The notes under the pieces are model-generated. The model was given only the letters and a program-made list of their open reading frames with translations. It did not search any database and was not told the DNA's origin. The position numbers and the translations under genes are program-made. A DNA stretch of 64,000 bases, from positions 1,619,946 through 1,683,945 of the forward strand of contig CBDATQ010000002.1 of NCBI GenBank assembly GCA_965199955.1, given 5' to 3'. Below are positions 1 through 9,761 of the stretch, piece after piece (position 1 is the first letter of the stretch; each line of letters begins with the position of its first letter). The stretch is from Spirochaetia bacterium. Lineage in GTDB: Bacteria > Spirochaetota > Spirochaetia > SZUA-6 > Bin103.

Positions 1-650
1 GGCGTGAAGACCAGGACGAAGTCGACGAACCCGAACGGCAGCGACATGGCGGCCACGAACAGCGCCACCCCGAGGTTGGTCCACATGATGGCCCGGTTGG
101 CGCGGCTGCCGGCGTGCTTGCGGGGAAAGCGGTGATTGAGCAGGAAGCTGAGGGGAGCGATCAGGACGAACAGCACCAGCGGGTTCCGGAACACCCGGTA
201 CGCCAGGCGCAGGATGCGCGGTGCATCGGCAAACTCCTGCACGGTCATCGTCCAGACGTCGCCCAGGCCGCGCCGGTCCAGGTCGCCGGCGTTGGCGTGG
301 TGCATGGCATGCATGTGGGTCCAGTACCGGTACGGCGTGAAGGCGAGGATCCCCGCGAAGTAGCCGACGGCTCGGTTCCAGCGGCTGACAGGGAGAAAGG
401 ACCCGTGTCCGGCATCGTGGAATATGATGAAGATGCGGATCAGGAACCCTGCGGTCGGCAGGGCCAGGAGCAGGCTGAGCGGGTAGGAGAGTTGCGCGAT
501 CGCGCCCATGGCGAGGATCCCGGCGACGTACGGGACGACCGAGGTCGCAAGCTGGCCGAGGCCCCGTCCCACCGACGGCTGCCGGTACTGACGGAGCGCG
601 CCCTGCAGTGAGCGGGACTCATTTCCGGCAGCGATCAACTGGTCGTTCAC
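1..650 (-). CDS. Fatty acid desaturase (Des-like), 3' end truncated by the window edge
   Basis: Not in the ORF track. Manual translation from GTG at 650 gives ...FLIRIFIIFHDAGHGSF...YWTHMHAMHHANAGDLDRRGLGDVWTMTV..., i.e. His boxes 1 and 2 of membrane desaturases. GGAGG lies 10 nt upstream. Confidence 0.9.
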   Translation of the reverse strand, partial: MNDQLIAAGNESRSLQGALRQYRQPSVGRGLGQLATSVVPYVAGILAMGAIAQLSYPLSLLLALPTAGFLIRIFIIFHDAGHGSFLPVSRWNRAVGYFAGILAFTPYRYWTHMHAMHHANAGDLDRRGLGDVWTMTVQEFADAPRILRLAYRVFRNPLVLFVLIAPLSFLLNHRFPRKHAGSRANRAIMWTNLGVALFVAAMSLPFGFVDFVLVFT

Positions 651-771
651 GTCCTTTTGCCCTCCCTGACGGCGAGGGCCGGTTTTTGACCTTCCCCAGC
701 ATCTCCGGGTGCTCGCGGCGTACCCGGTAACAGCGCTCGCTGCCGTGCTTCGTTCGCCACGGACGATGATA
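651..771 (-). promoter_or_regulatory. Putative -10 (TATCAT, 771-766) and structured 5' UTR of the desaturase
   Basis: About 110-nt leader with several hairpins; GCCCTC/GAGGGC (679-659) pairs over the GGAGG SD. Confidence 0.4.
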
Positions 772-818
772 GCCGAAACCTCGCGGAAGTGCGCCGGCGG
801 TGACGGACGTGCGCCGGC

Positions 819-2507
819 TCAGCGGCGCGCCCCGCGCCGGCGCAGCAGCGCGGCGAGCTCGCCGTGGCCCTGCCCGGACGCCCACGCCAGCGGCGTGGCC
901 CACGCCTCGGCGTCCGGCTCGTCGACCGCGGCGCCGCGGTCGATCAGGAGCCGGGCCAGCTCCTCGCGTCCCCACCGGCACGCCCAGCCCAGCGGCGTGG
1001 AGCGGAGCAGCGGGTCGCGCCGGGTCAGCCCGGCGCCCGCGTCGAGCAGCAGCGTCGCGAACGCGACGCGCTCCTCTTCCGTGATCACCTGGCGGCCCCA
1101 CGTCTCACCGGCCTGCGCCACGTGCTGCAGGGTCGTGAAACCGTGGTGGCCGGTGACGTCCGGATCGACCCCGTGCGCCAGGATCAGCTCCAGGCAGCGC
1201 GGATAGGTGGTGCGATCGAATCCTTCGCCGTCCAGCGGGCCGTGGTTCCAGAGCCGCAGCGGCTGCTGCAGGATCTGGCTCCACCACGGGTCGTCCGGCG
1301 GCCGTTCGACCAGGGGAAGGCAGAGCTCGACGATCGCGGGCTCCCCGCCGCACGCCGCGGCCCACAGCAGCTGCTCGTACGCGGTGCGGTCGCGCCGGTC
1401 GGTGAGCGCGGGCGCTCGGCCTTCGATGACGTCCCGCGCGGCCGGCACGTCCCGGTACAGGCCGATGATCTCGACGTAGACGACTGCGCCGCGCCGCCTC
1501 AGCAAGGCCTTCATCCGCTCGTCGCGCGCCCCGTAGGCCCGTTCCATGGGGGGGCCGGAGGCGTACACCATCGCGTTCACGTCGGCCCCGGCGTCGAGCA
1601 GCGTCTCCGCCATCGCGTACTCCCCGTACGCGGCGGCGTGCCAGAGCGGCATGCCCCAGCTCTGCGCCAGCGGCTCGACGTTGGGCAGATCGATGCGCTC
1701 GTCGGGATCCAGGCCCTTGGCGAGCAGCAGGCCCAGCACCGCCGGCTGGCCGTAGGTGACCGCCACGGTGAGGACGCCTCCGGAGTGCCCGGTGGCCTGC
1801 TGCAGCCGCTCCGTCGGGATCGGCCGCAGAAAGGCGAGGTCGCCCACCGCCGCGGCGCCCCGCGGCGTCTGCTCCGCGCCGGCGTCGAGCAACGCCTGCG
1901 CCGCGGCCCGTGCCGCAGGCGCCCGCTCTCGCTGCGTCCACCCGAACGACAGCACCGCGCAATCGAGCGGCGTCAGGCCTGCAGCATCCGGCTGCGACGG
2001 GCGCTCGTCGCGCGCCGCCAGAAGGCGCACGAGCGGCAGGTCGGCCTGCGCGGCGGCGGCGTGCAGCGGCTTCCGCCCTTGCGCGTCGACTTCGGCGATG
2101 CGCTCCAGGTCCGCCTCCAGCAGCCGCTCGACGCCTTCCAGGTCGCCGTCACGGACCAGGTCGAACAGCTCGTCGCCGCGTTGCGGGTCGGCGCCCGCCT
2201 GCGCGGCCCGGCGGTCCAGCTCGTCGCGGATGAGCGCGACCACGTCGTCGTAGCCGCGGTCCTCGGCCAGCGTCAGCGGCGAGGTGGCGTCGCGGTGCGG
2301 ATAGATGCCGTTGTGCGGATCCGCGCCGGCCTCCAGGAGGAAGCGCGTGCACGCCAGGTCGCGGTTGAGCACCGCGTAGTGCAGGGCCGTGTGCTCGTCG
2401 TCTTCGGCGCGGTCCAGCTTCACCAGGTCGGGACGGGAGGCCACCAGCTCGCGGAGGGTCGGGAGATCCCTCTGCTCGGCGGCTCGGAAGAAGCGCTCTG
2501 CGGACAT
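819..2507 (-). CDS. Ankyrin repeat protein (562 aa)
   Basis: Multiple ankyrin consensus repeats: TALHYAV...LLEAGAD, KPLHAAA, TPLDCAV, PLWHAA...LLDAGADVN, TPLGWAC, TPLAWAS. Confidence 0.9.
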   Translation of the reverse strand: MSAERFFRAAEQRDLPTLRELVASRPDLVKLDRAEDDEHTALHYAVLNRDLACTRFLLEAGADPHNGIYPHRDATSPLTLAEDRGYDDVVALIRDELDRRAAQAGADPQRGDELFDLVRDGDLEGVERLLEADLERIAEVDAQGRKPLHAAAAQADLPLVRLLAARDERPSQPDAAGLTPLDCAVLSFGWTQRERAPAARAAAQALLDAGAEQTPRGAAAVGDLAFLRPIPTERLQQATGHSGGVLTVAVTYGQPAVLGLLLAKGLDPDERIDLPNVEPLAQSWGMPLWHAAAYGEYAMAETLLDAGADVNAMVYASGPPMERAYGARDERMKALLRRRGAVVYVEIIGLYRDVPAARDVIEGRAPALTDRRDRTAYEQLLWAAACGGEPAIVELCLPLVERPPDDPWWSQILQQPLRLWNHGPLDGEGFDRTTYPRCLELILAHGVDPDVTGHHGFTTLQHVAQAGETWGRQVITEEERVAFATLLLDAGAGLTRRDPLLRSTPLGWACRWGREELARLLIDRGAAVDEPDAEAWATPLAWASGQGHGELAALLRRRGARR

Positions 2508-2512
2508 CGGCC

Positions 2513-3571
2513 CTACAGCGTGACGGCTCGGCCGGAGCGGACCGACTCATCGGCGGCCAGCACGATGCGCAGGCTGTCGACGGCGTCGCGCAGGTCGGCG
2601 GACAGGTCGCGGTCCTCGCGGATGGCGTCGAGCAGGTAGCGTTGCTCGCGGTCGCACAGCTCCTGGTGGTCGGGCTCGTCCGAGGTGTCGATGTAGCGGT
2701 CGGCAGTGGTGAATACGCCTTCGGCGTCGGTCTCGGCCGCGTGCAGCAGCAGGCCGCCGGTGGACGTGTGCTTGTCGATCACGTCCGATTCGCCCGGCGG
2801 ATGGTCGATCATGCTGACGCTGCCGAGCGGGCCGATCACGTCCTTCACGAAGTAGGCGGTCTCGCTCATCATCGGCCCCCAGCCGGCCTCGTACCAGCCT
2901 ACCGAGCCGTCGTCGAAGGTCACCTGGAGCTGACCGTAGTTGTACATGTCGCGGGCGATCTCCGCGCTCAGCCGGGCGCCGACCGCCTGTACCCGCACCG
3001 GGCGCGAGCCGGTCATGCGGCTCATGACGTCCACGTAGTGAACGCCGCAGTCGACGATCGGGGACATGGACCTCATCAGGTTGCGGTGGCCGAGCCAGCG
3101 CTCGGCCGACGACTGCTGGTTGAGGTTCATGCGCATCACCAGCGGCCGGCCCAGCCGGCTCGCGTGCTCGATGAAGGTCCGCCACGACGGGTGGTGGCGG
3201 AGGATGTAGCCCACGACGACCTTGCGGCCGGCGTCCCGCGCCGCGGACACGATCTCCTCGGCTTCGGCGACGGTCTCGGCCAGCGGCTTCTCCACGAACA
3301 GGTGGCAGCCGGCCGCGAGCGCCTGCATGGCGTAGGCGTGGTGGGAGTCGGGATGGGTGTTGATCGACACCACCTGCGGCGAGGAGTCCGCAAGCGCCTC
3401 GTCCAGGGACCCGAACGGCGTGGCGTCGAGCTCGCGGGCCACCGCCTCCCGCGAAGAGGGGCCGCGGCTGACCACGCCCGCCAACTCGTAGCCGTCGATG
3501 CCGCGGTAGGCGCGCGCGTGCGATGCGCCCATCGTGCCGCACCCGACGACGACGACCTTGAGATCCTCCAT
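2513..3571 (-). CDS. Gfo/Idh/MocA family NAD(P)-dependent oxidoreductase
   Basis: MEDLKVVVVGCGTMG Rossmann motif, HLFVEKP, DCGVHYVD. Start reassigned to ATG at 3571. Confidence 0.9.
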   Translation of the reverse strand: MEDLKVVVVGCGTMGASHARAYRGIDGYELAGVVSRGPSSREAVARELDATPFGSLDEALADSSPQVVSINTHPDSHHAYAMQALAAGCHLFVEKPLAETVAEAEEIVSAARDAGRKVVVGYILRHHPSWRTFIEHASRLGRPLVMRMNLNQQSSAERWLGHRNLMRSMSPIVDCGVHYVDVMSRMTGSRPVRVQAVGARLSAEIARDMYNYGQLQVTFDDGSVGWYEAGWGPMMSETAYFVKDVIGPLGSVSMIDHPPGESDVIDKHTSTGGLLLHAAETDAEGVFTTADRYIDTSDEPDHQELCDREQRYLLDAIREDRDLSADLRDAVDSLRIVLAADESVRSGRAVTL

Positions 3572-3575
3572 CGCG

Positions 3576-3914
3576 CTATCGCTTGTCGCCGTCGCCGCCG
3601 ATCGTGCCGCGTTCCTTGCGCAAGAAGAGCTTCTCCAGGTTGGCGCGGGCAACCTCGTCCAGGTCCAGGTCCAGCTCGGTGCAGATCTGCGCCAGGTACC
3701 AGAGCACGTCGCCGAGCTCCATCTTCAGAGACTCGCGGTCGGCGTCGCTGATGCGGCCGTCCTTGTCCCGGAACAGCTTCTTGATCTTGCCGGCCACCTC
3801 GCCCGCCTCGTTGGCCAGCCCCAGCGTGGGATAGACGATGGGGTGATCGGTCCTGACCAGCCCCCAAGTCTTGCGGGACTGCCGTTGATAGGATGCGAAT
3901 TCGCGGACATCCAT
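3576..3914 (-). CDS. MazG-like nucleoside triphosphate pyrophosphohydrolase
   Basis: LGLANEAGEVAGKIKK...ELGDVLWY...NLEKL all-alpha NTP-PPase motif. Confidence 0.9.
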   Translation of the reverse strand: MDVREFASYQRQSRKTWGLVRTDHPIVYPTLGLANEAGEVAGKIKKLFRDKDGRISDADRESLKMELGDVLWYLAQICTELDLDLDEVARANLEKLFLRKERGTIGGDGDKR

Positions 3915-3931
3915 GGCACGACGACAGTAGC

Positions 3932-4190
3932 CTAGAATTCCCCTTCGAAGTCGTAGTCAGCGGCCCACTCCTCATAGGGCGTGACGTGCGCGGGATGCAC
4001 AGCGCTGTAGCAGTAGTAGCCGCTGCCGCGGTAGCGCTCGGTTTCCGGGCTGACCAGGATGCGGCGCCAACTGTTGGAGAAGGTCGGCGGCAGTTCGGAC
4101 GACGAGGTAGCCGTCATGCTCGTAGCGCCGCACCTCGTCGGCGCTCAGCAAGGCCGCCTGCTCGCTGCGCTCACGGTTCTGGACATCCAT
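3932..4190 (-). pseudogene. Internally deleted PhyH-family dioxygenase remnant
   Basis: The N-terminus MDVQ...LLSADEVRRYEHDGYLVVR is a typical PhyH start. It is joined out of frame near 4098 to a C-terminal piece ELPPTFSNSWRRIL...DFEGEF*. The catalytic core is absent. Confidence 0.6.
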
Positions 4191-4281
4191 CGGTGACGCG
4201 CGCAGGGTAGTCCCGGCATGCAGCATCCGCAACGGGCGGCCCTCACTCGAAGAGTGAGAGCCGCCCAGTGAGGACCGTTCG

Positions 4282-5154
4282 GTGAAGCGCATCGGCGCGC
4301 ACGTGTCGATCGCCGGCGGCGTGCAGAACGCGGTGGCCAACGCGGTGGAGCTCGGCGCCACCGCCATCGGCATGTTCACCCGCAACCAGCGCATCTGGAA
4401 CCAGCGGCCGCTCTCGGAGAAGGACGCCGCCGCCTTCCGCGACTCCCTGCGCGAGCACGGGTTCGCGCCGCACCACGTGCTGCCGCACGACAGCTACCTG
4501 ATCAACCTTGGCAGCTCCGATCCGGAGGTGGTCGCCAAGTCGCGCGCCGCGTTCCTGGAAGAGATGAGCCGCTGCCAGATGCTCGGGCTCCGCTACCTGA
4601 ACTTCCACCCCGGCGCCCCCAAGCAGGGCGCTGCCCTGTCCGTCGAGCTCTGCATCGAGCAGATCGCCGGCTACGTGAACGAGACGCTGGAGCAGACCGA
4701 GGGGGTGACGGCCGTGGTCGAGTGCACGGCCGGGCAGGGGACGAACGTCGGCCGCACCTTCGCCGAGCTGGCTGCCCTGATCGAGCGGATCGGCGATCCC
4801 GGGCGCGCGGGAGTGTGCCTGGACACCTGCCACCTGTTCGCGGCCGGCTACGACCTGCGCACGCGCGACGGCTACGAGCGGATGCTCGAGGAGTTCGACG
4901 CGACCGTCGGCCTGCGACATCTGCGCGGCTGGCACCTCAACGACTCCAAGGGCGACCTTGGCAGCCGCGTCGACCGGCACGCCGCGATCGGCGCCGGACT
5001 GATCGGCCGCGAGCCGTTCACGTGGATCGTCCAGGACCCGCGCTTCGACGAGATGCCGCTGATCCTCGAGACGCCGGAGCCGGAGAACTGGGCGAAGGAG
5101 ATCGCCGAGCTGCGGCGGCTGGCCGCCGCCTGCGATCAGAGCGGTTCGAAGTAG
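4282..5154 (+). CDS. nfo: Endonuclease IV (AP endonuclease)
   Basis: IGAHVSIAGG, PHDSYLINLG, NFHPG, ECTAGQG, CLDTCH, HLNDSK, DRHA, ETP. Confidence 0.96.
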   Translation: MKRIGAHVSIAGGVQNAVANAVELGATAIGMFTRNQRIWNQRPLSEKDAAAFRDSLREHGFAPHHVLPHDSYLINLGSSDPEVVAKSRAAFLEEMSRCQMLGLRYLNFHPGAPKQGAALSVELCIEQIAGYVNETLEQTEGVTAVVECTAGQGTNVGRTFAELAALIERIGDPGRAGVCLDTCHLFAAGYDLRTRDGYERMLEEFDATVGLRHLRGWHLNDSKGDLGSRVDRHAAIGAGLIGREPFTWIVQDPRFDEMPLILETPEPENWAKEIAELRRLAAACDQSGSK

Positions 5155-6695
5155 GTCAGGTCGGCGCCGTGGTTCTCCATGGCCGCCACCGCGTCGCCGC
5201 GCAGCCGCACGCGGATGTCCCGCGTCCGGTGGTGCAGGACGATCTCGCGCTCGGCGAGCGGAAAGCGGATGTCGATGCTCTGGCCGACCGGCGGTTCCGC
5301 GATCAGCAGATAGCTGCCGGACCAGGTGAGTCGGGGCGGCACGGGCTCGACCAGGACGTCCGAGGGCTTCACCCACGACGGAATGCGCACGTAGAGGGGG
5401 CCGGCGGTCCGGACCGTGACGCGCAGACCGTCGTGCGTATAGGGCGACTCGACCGCGACGTGGTCGGTCTCCCGGTCGAACAGCAGGTTCACGCGGTGGA
5501 TGCCGTGCCCGGTCCGCACCGACTCGCGGACCACCTCGCACAGGGAGCCGACCCCGCCGCCGACGATGTCGGTGTTGAAGCTGACGTCCCGGTGCGGGTC
5601 CAGCGGCTCGTGGCCGTACGGGGCCGGAAACCCGAAGCCGCCGAGGTGCCGGTCGGCGATGCGGTGCAGGTAGTCGACGCCGCCGGGGTTGGGCGGGTCC
5701 TCGATGAAGCTGTTGTCGCGGAGCTGCGACGGCAGGATGTGGCACCGAACGATCCGCTCGGCGTCCTCGAAGTACTCAGGGAACCCGCGCCGGCCCAGGA
5801 TCAGCGCCGTCTCCACGATGTCGCCGGTGTTGTTGATCTCCCCCCGGTCGGCGACGGCGTCGTCCCGGCTGGATTCGATCACCCAGCCGATCTCGTCCCG
5901 GATCTCCCACAGGCCGTTGTCGTAGAACGCCCTGACCCGCGCCAGCAGCTTGGCGTCGTCGAGCAGGTCGGCGAGCTGCGCCAGCGAGGACATCACGCAG
6001 GTGGTCGAGTGGGTATGCGCGCCGAACCGCTTGCGGTCGTAGGCGCCCGACTCCAGGAAGAACTCACGGGTGGTCTTGTCGGCGAGCGTCACGGCCAGCT
6101 CCAGCGCCGGGCCGTGTCCGGTCGCCCGGTAGTACTTGACCAGCGGGCCGATAGCGCGGGCGATGCCGGTGATGAAGGTGTCCTCGCGAACCGTCAGCCC
6201 GCAGCGCTGCAAGCGGTCGAGGTCCCAGCCCGTGTCGGGCCGGAACAGCTCGAACAGCTCGCCGATGCTGCGCTCGGCGAGCTCGCGGGCGCGCTCGGAG
6301 CCGCGGTACTTCACCAGCGGGTACAGGGCGTGGAAACCCTCGCGCACGTTGTGGGTGGTGAAGAGCTCGAGCGGGCCACCGATCCGGGACCGGTTCAGCG
6401 GAAGGGCCAGCGGCCCGCCGTAGGAGAAGAACGCGGCGTTGGAGTGCTTGTCGATCGCTTCGGCGGGCACGGCGATGCCGGCCGCGTCCTCGGCGTTGAG
6501 CAGGGCGTTGAGATGGCGTCCGGGTACGTGCGACTCTGTATGGGCGCCCGAGAAACCAAACTGCGGGTTGGGCCTGACCTCCGAGCCGAAGAACGGGATG
6601 TCGCCGTCGTCGGCGTTGAAGACGTTGCACATCATCCGGCAGCCCAGCCGGATCGCGTCGGTCAGGTCGGTGGCATTGACGTCGTTCAGTCGCAT
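5136..6695 (-). CDS. GH127/DUF1680-like (alpha/alpha)6 protein with atypical active site
   Basis: ATG at 6695 with AAAGGAGG SD. Motifs GAHTHS, YFEDAERIVRCHILPSQ and VNLLF...LYVRIPSWV resemble GH127 architecture. Confidence 0.55.
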   Translation of the reverse strand: MRLNDVNATDLTDAIRLGCRMMCNVFNADDGDIPFFGSEVRPNPQFGFSGAHTESHVPGRHLNALLNAEDAAGIAVPAEAIDKHSNAAFFSYGGPLALPLNRSRIGGPLELFTTHNVREGFHALYPLVKYRGSERARELAERSIGELFELFRPDTGWDLDRLQRCGLTVREDTFITGIARAIGPLVKYYRATGHGPALELAVTLADKTTREFFLESGAYDRKRFGAHTHSTTCVMSSLAQLADLLDDAKLLARVRAFYDNGLWEIRDEIGWVIESSRDDAVADRGEINNTGDIVETALILGRRGFPEYFEDAERIVRCHILPSQLRDNSFIEDPPNPGGVDYLHRIADRHLGGFGFPAPYGHEPLDPHRDVSFNTDIVGGGVGSLCEVVRESVRTGHGIHRVNLLFDRETDHVAVESPYTHDGLRVTVRTAGPLYVRIPSWVKPSDVLVEPVPPRLTWSGSYLLIAEPPVGQSIDIRFPLAEREIVLHHRTRDIRVRLRGDAVAAMENHGADLTYFEPL

Positions 6696-6706
6696 GGTCC
6701 CTCCTT

Positions 6707-7978
6707 TCAGCCGCCCGTTCGCGGTACCGGCGGCGCCGCGTCGAAGCGCAGCGCGTCCTGGATCGCGCGGGCCGCCGCCAGCACCGCGGCGTCCGCTCCC
6801 GCCGGCGCCGCGCACTGCAGGCCGAGCGGCAACCCTCCCGGGCCGAGCCGGGCCGGCAGCGACACCACCGGCGCGCGCACGTGGGTGAACGGCAGGTTGG
6901 CACGCGGATCGCCGGTGATGGTCAGGTCGCGCGGCGCCGCGCCCGGCGCCGCCGGCGCCAGCACCACGTCGATGTCTTCGAACAGCGCCGCGAATCGCTC
7001 CTGCGCGTCCGCGCGCGCCGCGCAGGCGTCCGCGTAGCGCGCGGGGGAGTCGCCGGCCGCGGCCGACTCCAGCACCGCCTTCATCTTCGGCGGGTACGCG
7101 TCCCGGTGGCGGGCCCAGAGCGCGGCGTGCGCGCGGGCGGCCTCCACCTCGAAGATCACGCGGTTGTTGTCGTAGACCGCCGCCAGGTCCGCCGGCAGCG
7201 AAAGCTCCCGAGTGGGGATCCCGCACGCGCGCAGCCGTTCGGCCGCCCAACGGAGCGTGGCGGCCATCTCCGGGTCGAACGGTCCGCTCAGGAGATCCTG
7301 GACAATCCCGACCACGGGAGCCTGCGCCGCGTCCGGCGCGGACGCGCCGGACGCGGCGCAGGCTTGCCAGAGCGTCGTCATGTCTTCCACGGTTCGCGTG
7401 AAGAAGCCGACCGTGTCGAAGGTGGGGACCAGCGCGAAGCAGCCGCCCGTCGATATCGCCCCGTAGGACGGCTTGAAGCCGACCACCCCGCAGAACGAGG
7501 CGGGCCGGCACACCGATCCCACCGTCTGCGTGCCGATCGCGGCCCGCACCATGCCGGTGGCGACGGCGGCCGCGGAGCCCATCGACGATCCTCCCGGCGT
7601 GTGCTCGGGATTCCACGGGTTGCGCGTCGGGCCGGGGTCCAGGTAGGCGAAGCAGGTCGTGACCGTCTTGGCCAGCGCGTATGCGCCCTGCTCCTGGAGC
7701 CGCTCGACGATGCGGGCCGATGCCTGCCTCGGCTCCGGTGACAGGAAGTCGACGCCGCACGCGGTCGGCGCCCCGGACAGGTCCAGGATGTCCTTGACGC
7801 CGATCGCCCAGCCGGACAGCGCGCCCGCGCCCGCGGCCTCCGCCCGCCGGCGTGCCGCTTCGGCGTCCCAGCCCACCAGCGCCCGCACCACGGGCTCCCA
7901 CCGTTCGATCGCGCTCAGGTGTTCGGCGAACCGCTGGTCGGCGGACACCTGGCCGGCGCGATGCGTGGCTCCGCTCAC
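6707..7978 (-). CDS. Amidase signature family protein
   Basis: GVKDI, TRNPWNPEHTPGGSSMGSAAAVA, GTQTVGSVCRPASFCGVVGFKPS. GTG start overlaps the fni stop. Confidence 0.92.
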   Translation of the reverse strand: MSGATHRAGQVSADQRFAEHLSAIERWEPVVRALVGWDAEAARRRAEAAGAGALSGWAIGVKDILDLSGAPTACGVDFLSPEPRQASARIVERLQEQGAYALAKTVTTCFAYLDPGPTRNPWNPEHTPGGSSMGSAAAVATGMVRAAIGTQTVGSVCRPASFCGVVGFKPSYGAISTGGCFALVPTFDTVGFFTRTVEDMTTLWQACAASGASAPDAAQAPVVGIVQDLLSGPFDPEMAATLRWAAERLRACGIPTRELSLPADLAAVYDNNRVIFEVEAARAHAALWARHRDAYPPKMKAVLESAAAGDSPARYADACAARADAQERFAALFEDIDVVLAPAAPGAAPRDLTITGDPRANLPFTHVRAPVVSLPARLGPGGLPLGLQCAAPAGADAAVLAAARAIQDALRFDAAPPVPRTGG

Positions 7979-9063
7979 GCGATCCCCCGGGCGGAGAGCG
8001 GCGAGCCGATCGCCGTGAGCGCCGGGTCGATGCTTACGCGGGCGCGGCGCAGTTCCTCCAGCGTCCGCGATCCCGTCAGCAGCATGACCGCGCGCAGCAC
8101 GCGCCCGAGCAGCCGGATGCGCTGCGCGACCCGTTCCGCGCCGCCTTCGAACACGTCCTTGATGAACGGCAGGGCCAGCGCGCCGATCTCGGCCCCCAGG
8201 GCGACCGCCTTGGCCAGGTCCTGGCCGCGGCGCAGGCCGCCGGAGGCGATGATCGAGCCGGACAGCCGCGGCTCGTCGCGCATGGCGGCAAGCACCGCGG
8301 CGGTGGGATTGCCCCAGTCGGCGAGCTCGCGCGCCGCTTCCGCGTCGTCGCCCTGCAGGCGGTACGCTTCCACCAGCACCCAGTTGGTGCCGCCGGCACC
8401 GGCCACGTCGACATACTCCACGCCGGCGTCCAGCAGCCTGAGCGCCGTGGAGACGGCGATGCCGAAGCCGGTTTCCTTGACGATCACCGGCAGCCGGCAA
8501 TGCTCGGTGAACTCCGCGATCGCGGCCTCCAGGCCGCGGAAGCTGCGGTCGCCGTCTTGCTGGAACAACTCCTGGCCGGGGTTCAGATGCAGCGCGATCG
8601 CCTGCACACGCAGGTGCTCCAGGGCATCCGTGATCCGGCCGTGGTCGATCTCGCGGAGTTGCGCGGCGGCCAGGTTGGCGATCACCGGCACGTCCGGCGC
8701 CTCGGCCTTGACCGCGAAGTGGTCGAGCACGCCGGGGTTCTCGATCCCCACCCGCATCGAGCCCAGGCCGACGGCCACGCCGCACTCCTGCGCCGCGATC
8801 GCGAGGTCACGGTTCGCGTCGCGACCCTGGTGCGTGCCGCCGGTCATGCAGGAGATCATCAGCGGCAGCGCGAGCTCGGCCCCCAGGAAGCCGGTCGTGG
8901 TGTCGATCTCGTCCAGGTCCAGTTCCGGCAGCGCTTCGTGCTCGAAACGGACCAGCTCGAAGCCGGTCCCCGCGCTGCTGGAGATGTCCTCCTCGGGGCC
9001 GTCGACGCACGCGTCGAGATGGCTCTTCTTGCGAGACTGAATGGGGGACAGGGGAAAGGACAC
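7975..9063 (-). CDS. fni: Type 2 isopentenyl-diphosphate delta-isomerase (FMN-dependent)
   Basis: RKKSHL, ISCMTGG, GLGSMR, LHLNPGQE, IVKETGFG, AGAGGTNW, IASGGLR. Confidence 0.95.
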   Translation of the reverse strand: MSFPLSPIQSRKKSHLDACVDGPEEDISSSAGTGFELVRFEHEALPELDLDEIDTTTGFLGAELALPLMISCMTGGTHQGRDANRDLAIAAQECGVAVGLGSMRVGIENPGVLDHFAVKAEAPDVPVIANLAAAQLREIDHGRITDALEHLRVQAIALHLNPGQELFQQDGDRSFRGLEAAIAEFTEHCRLPVIVKETGFGIAVSTALRLLDAGVEYVDVAGAGGTNWVLVEAYRLQGDDAEAARELADWGNPTAAVLAAMRDEPRLSGSIIASGGLRRGQDLAKAVALGAEIGALALPFIKDVFEGGAERVAQRIRLLGRVLRAVMLLTGSRTLEELRRARVSIDPALTAIGSPLSARGIA

Positions 9064-9107
9064 CGTGAACCTGCCGATAGTATGGCACGCGTCAGATGTC
9101 GCCGCGA

Positions 9108-9725
9108 ATGATCGTGCTTGCCTCCGGTTCGGAGGGCCGCCGCGAACTGTTGCGCCGGGAGGGGCTGCCGTTCGTCGCGGTTCCGAGCGGTGTGGAAGAA
9201 CCGCCGCCTTCGCCCGCCGAGTCGGCCCGGCCGGATGTCTACACCCGCCGGCTCGCGCGCGACAAGGCGATGGCGGTGGGCGCCCGTCTGGGAGCCATCC
9301 CTTCCATGGCGGAGTCGGTCCGGGCCGGGGCGCCCCGGCCGCTCGTGCTTGGCTGCGACACCTGCATCCACGTGGACGGCGCAATCCTGGGCAAGCCGCG
9401 GGATGTCCGCCAGGCCGCCGGGTTTCTGCGAACGCTGGCGGGCCGCGAGCATCGCGTGGTCAGCGGCCTGTGCGTGATCGACGCCCATACCGGCTCCGTC
9501 CACGAGACCAGCGTCGAGAGCACGGTGCGCGTGCGAAGGGTGAGCAGCAATGTGCTCCGGGACTACCTGCGGAGCGGCGAATGGGCCGGCGCAGCCGGCG
9601 GATACCGTGTGCAGGGGAAGGGGGCGCGGCTGATCGAGCGCATCCACGGCTCGCACAGCAACGTGGTCGGCTTGCCACTGGAGGCCCTGTATGGCATCTT
9701 GCAGCAAACCGATACCCTGGAATAA
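9108..9725 (+). CDS. maf: Maf family nucleoside triphosphate pyrophosphatase
   Basis: IVLASGS..RRELL, GCDT, ILGKP, AGGYRVQG, NVVGLP. Confidence 0.92.
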   Translation: MIVLASGSEGRRELLRREGLPFVAVPSGVEEPPPSPAESARPDVYTRRLARDKAMAVGARLGAIPSMAESVRAGAPRPLVLGCDTCIHVDGAILGKPRDVRQAAGFLRTLAGREHRVVSGLCVIDAHTGSVHETSVESTVRVRRVSSNVLRDYLRSGEWAGAAGGYRVQGKGARLIERIHGSHSNVVGLPLEALYGILQQTDTLE

Positions 9726-9761
9726 CCACAACCAGCCAGGGAACCAACCAAGGGGGAGAGC

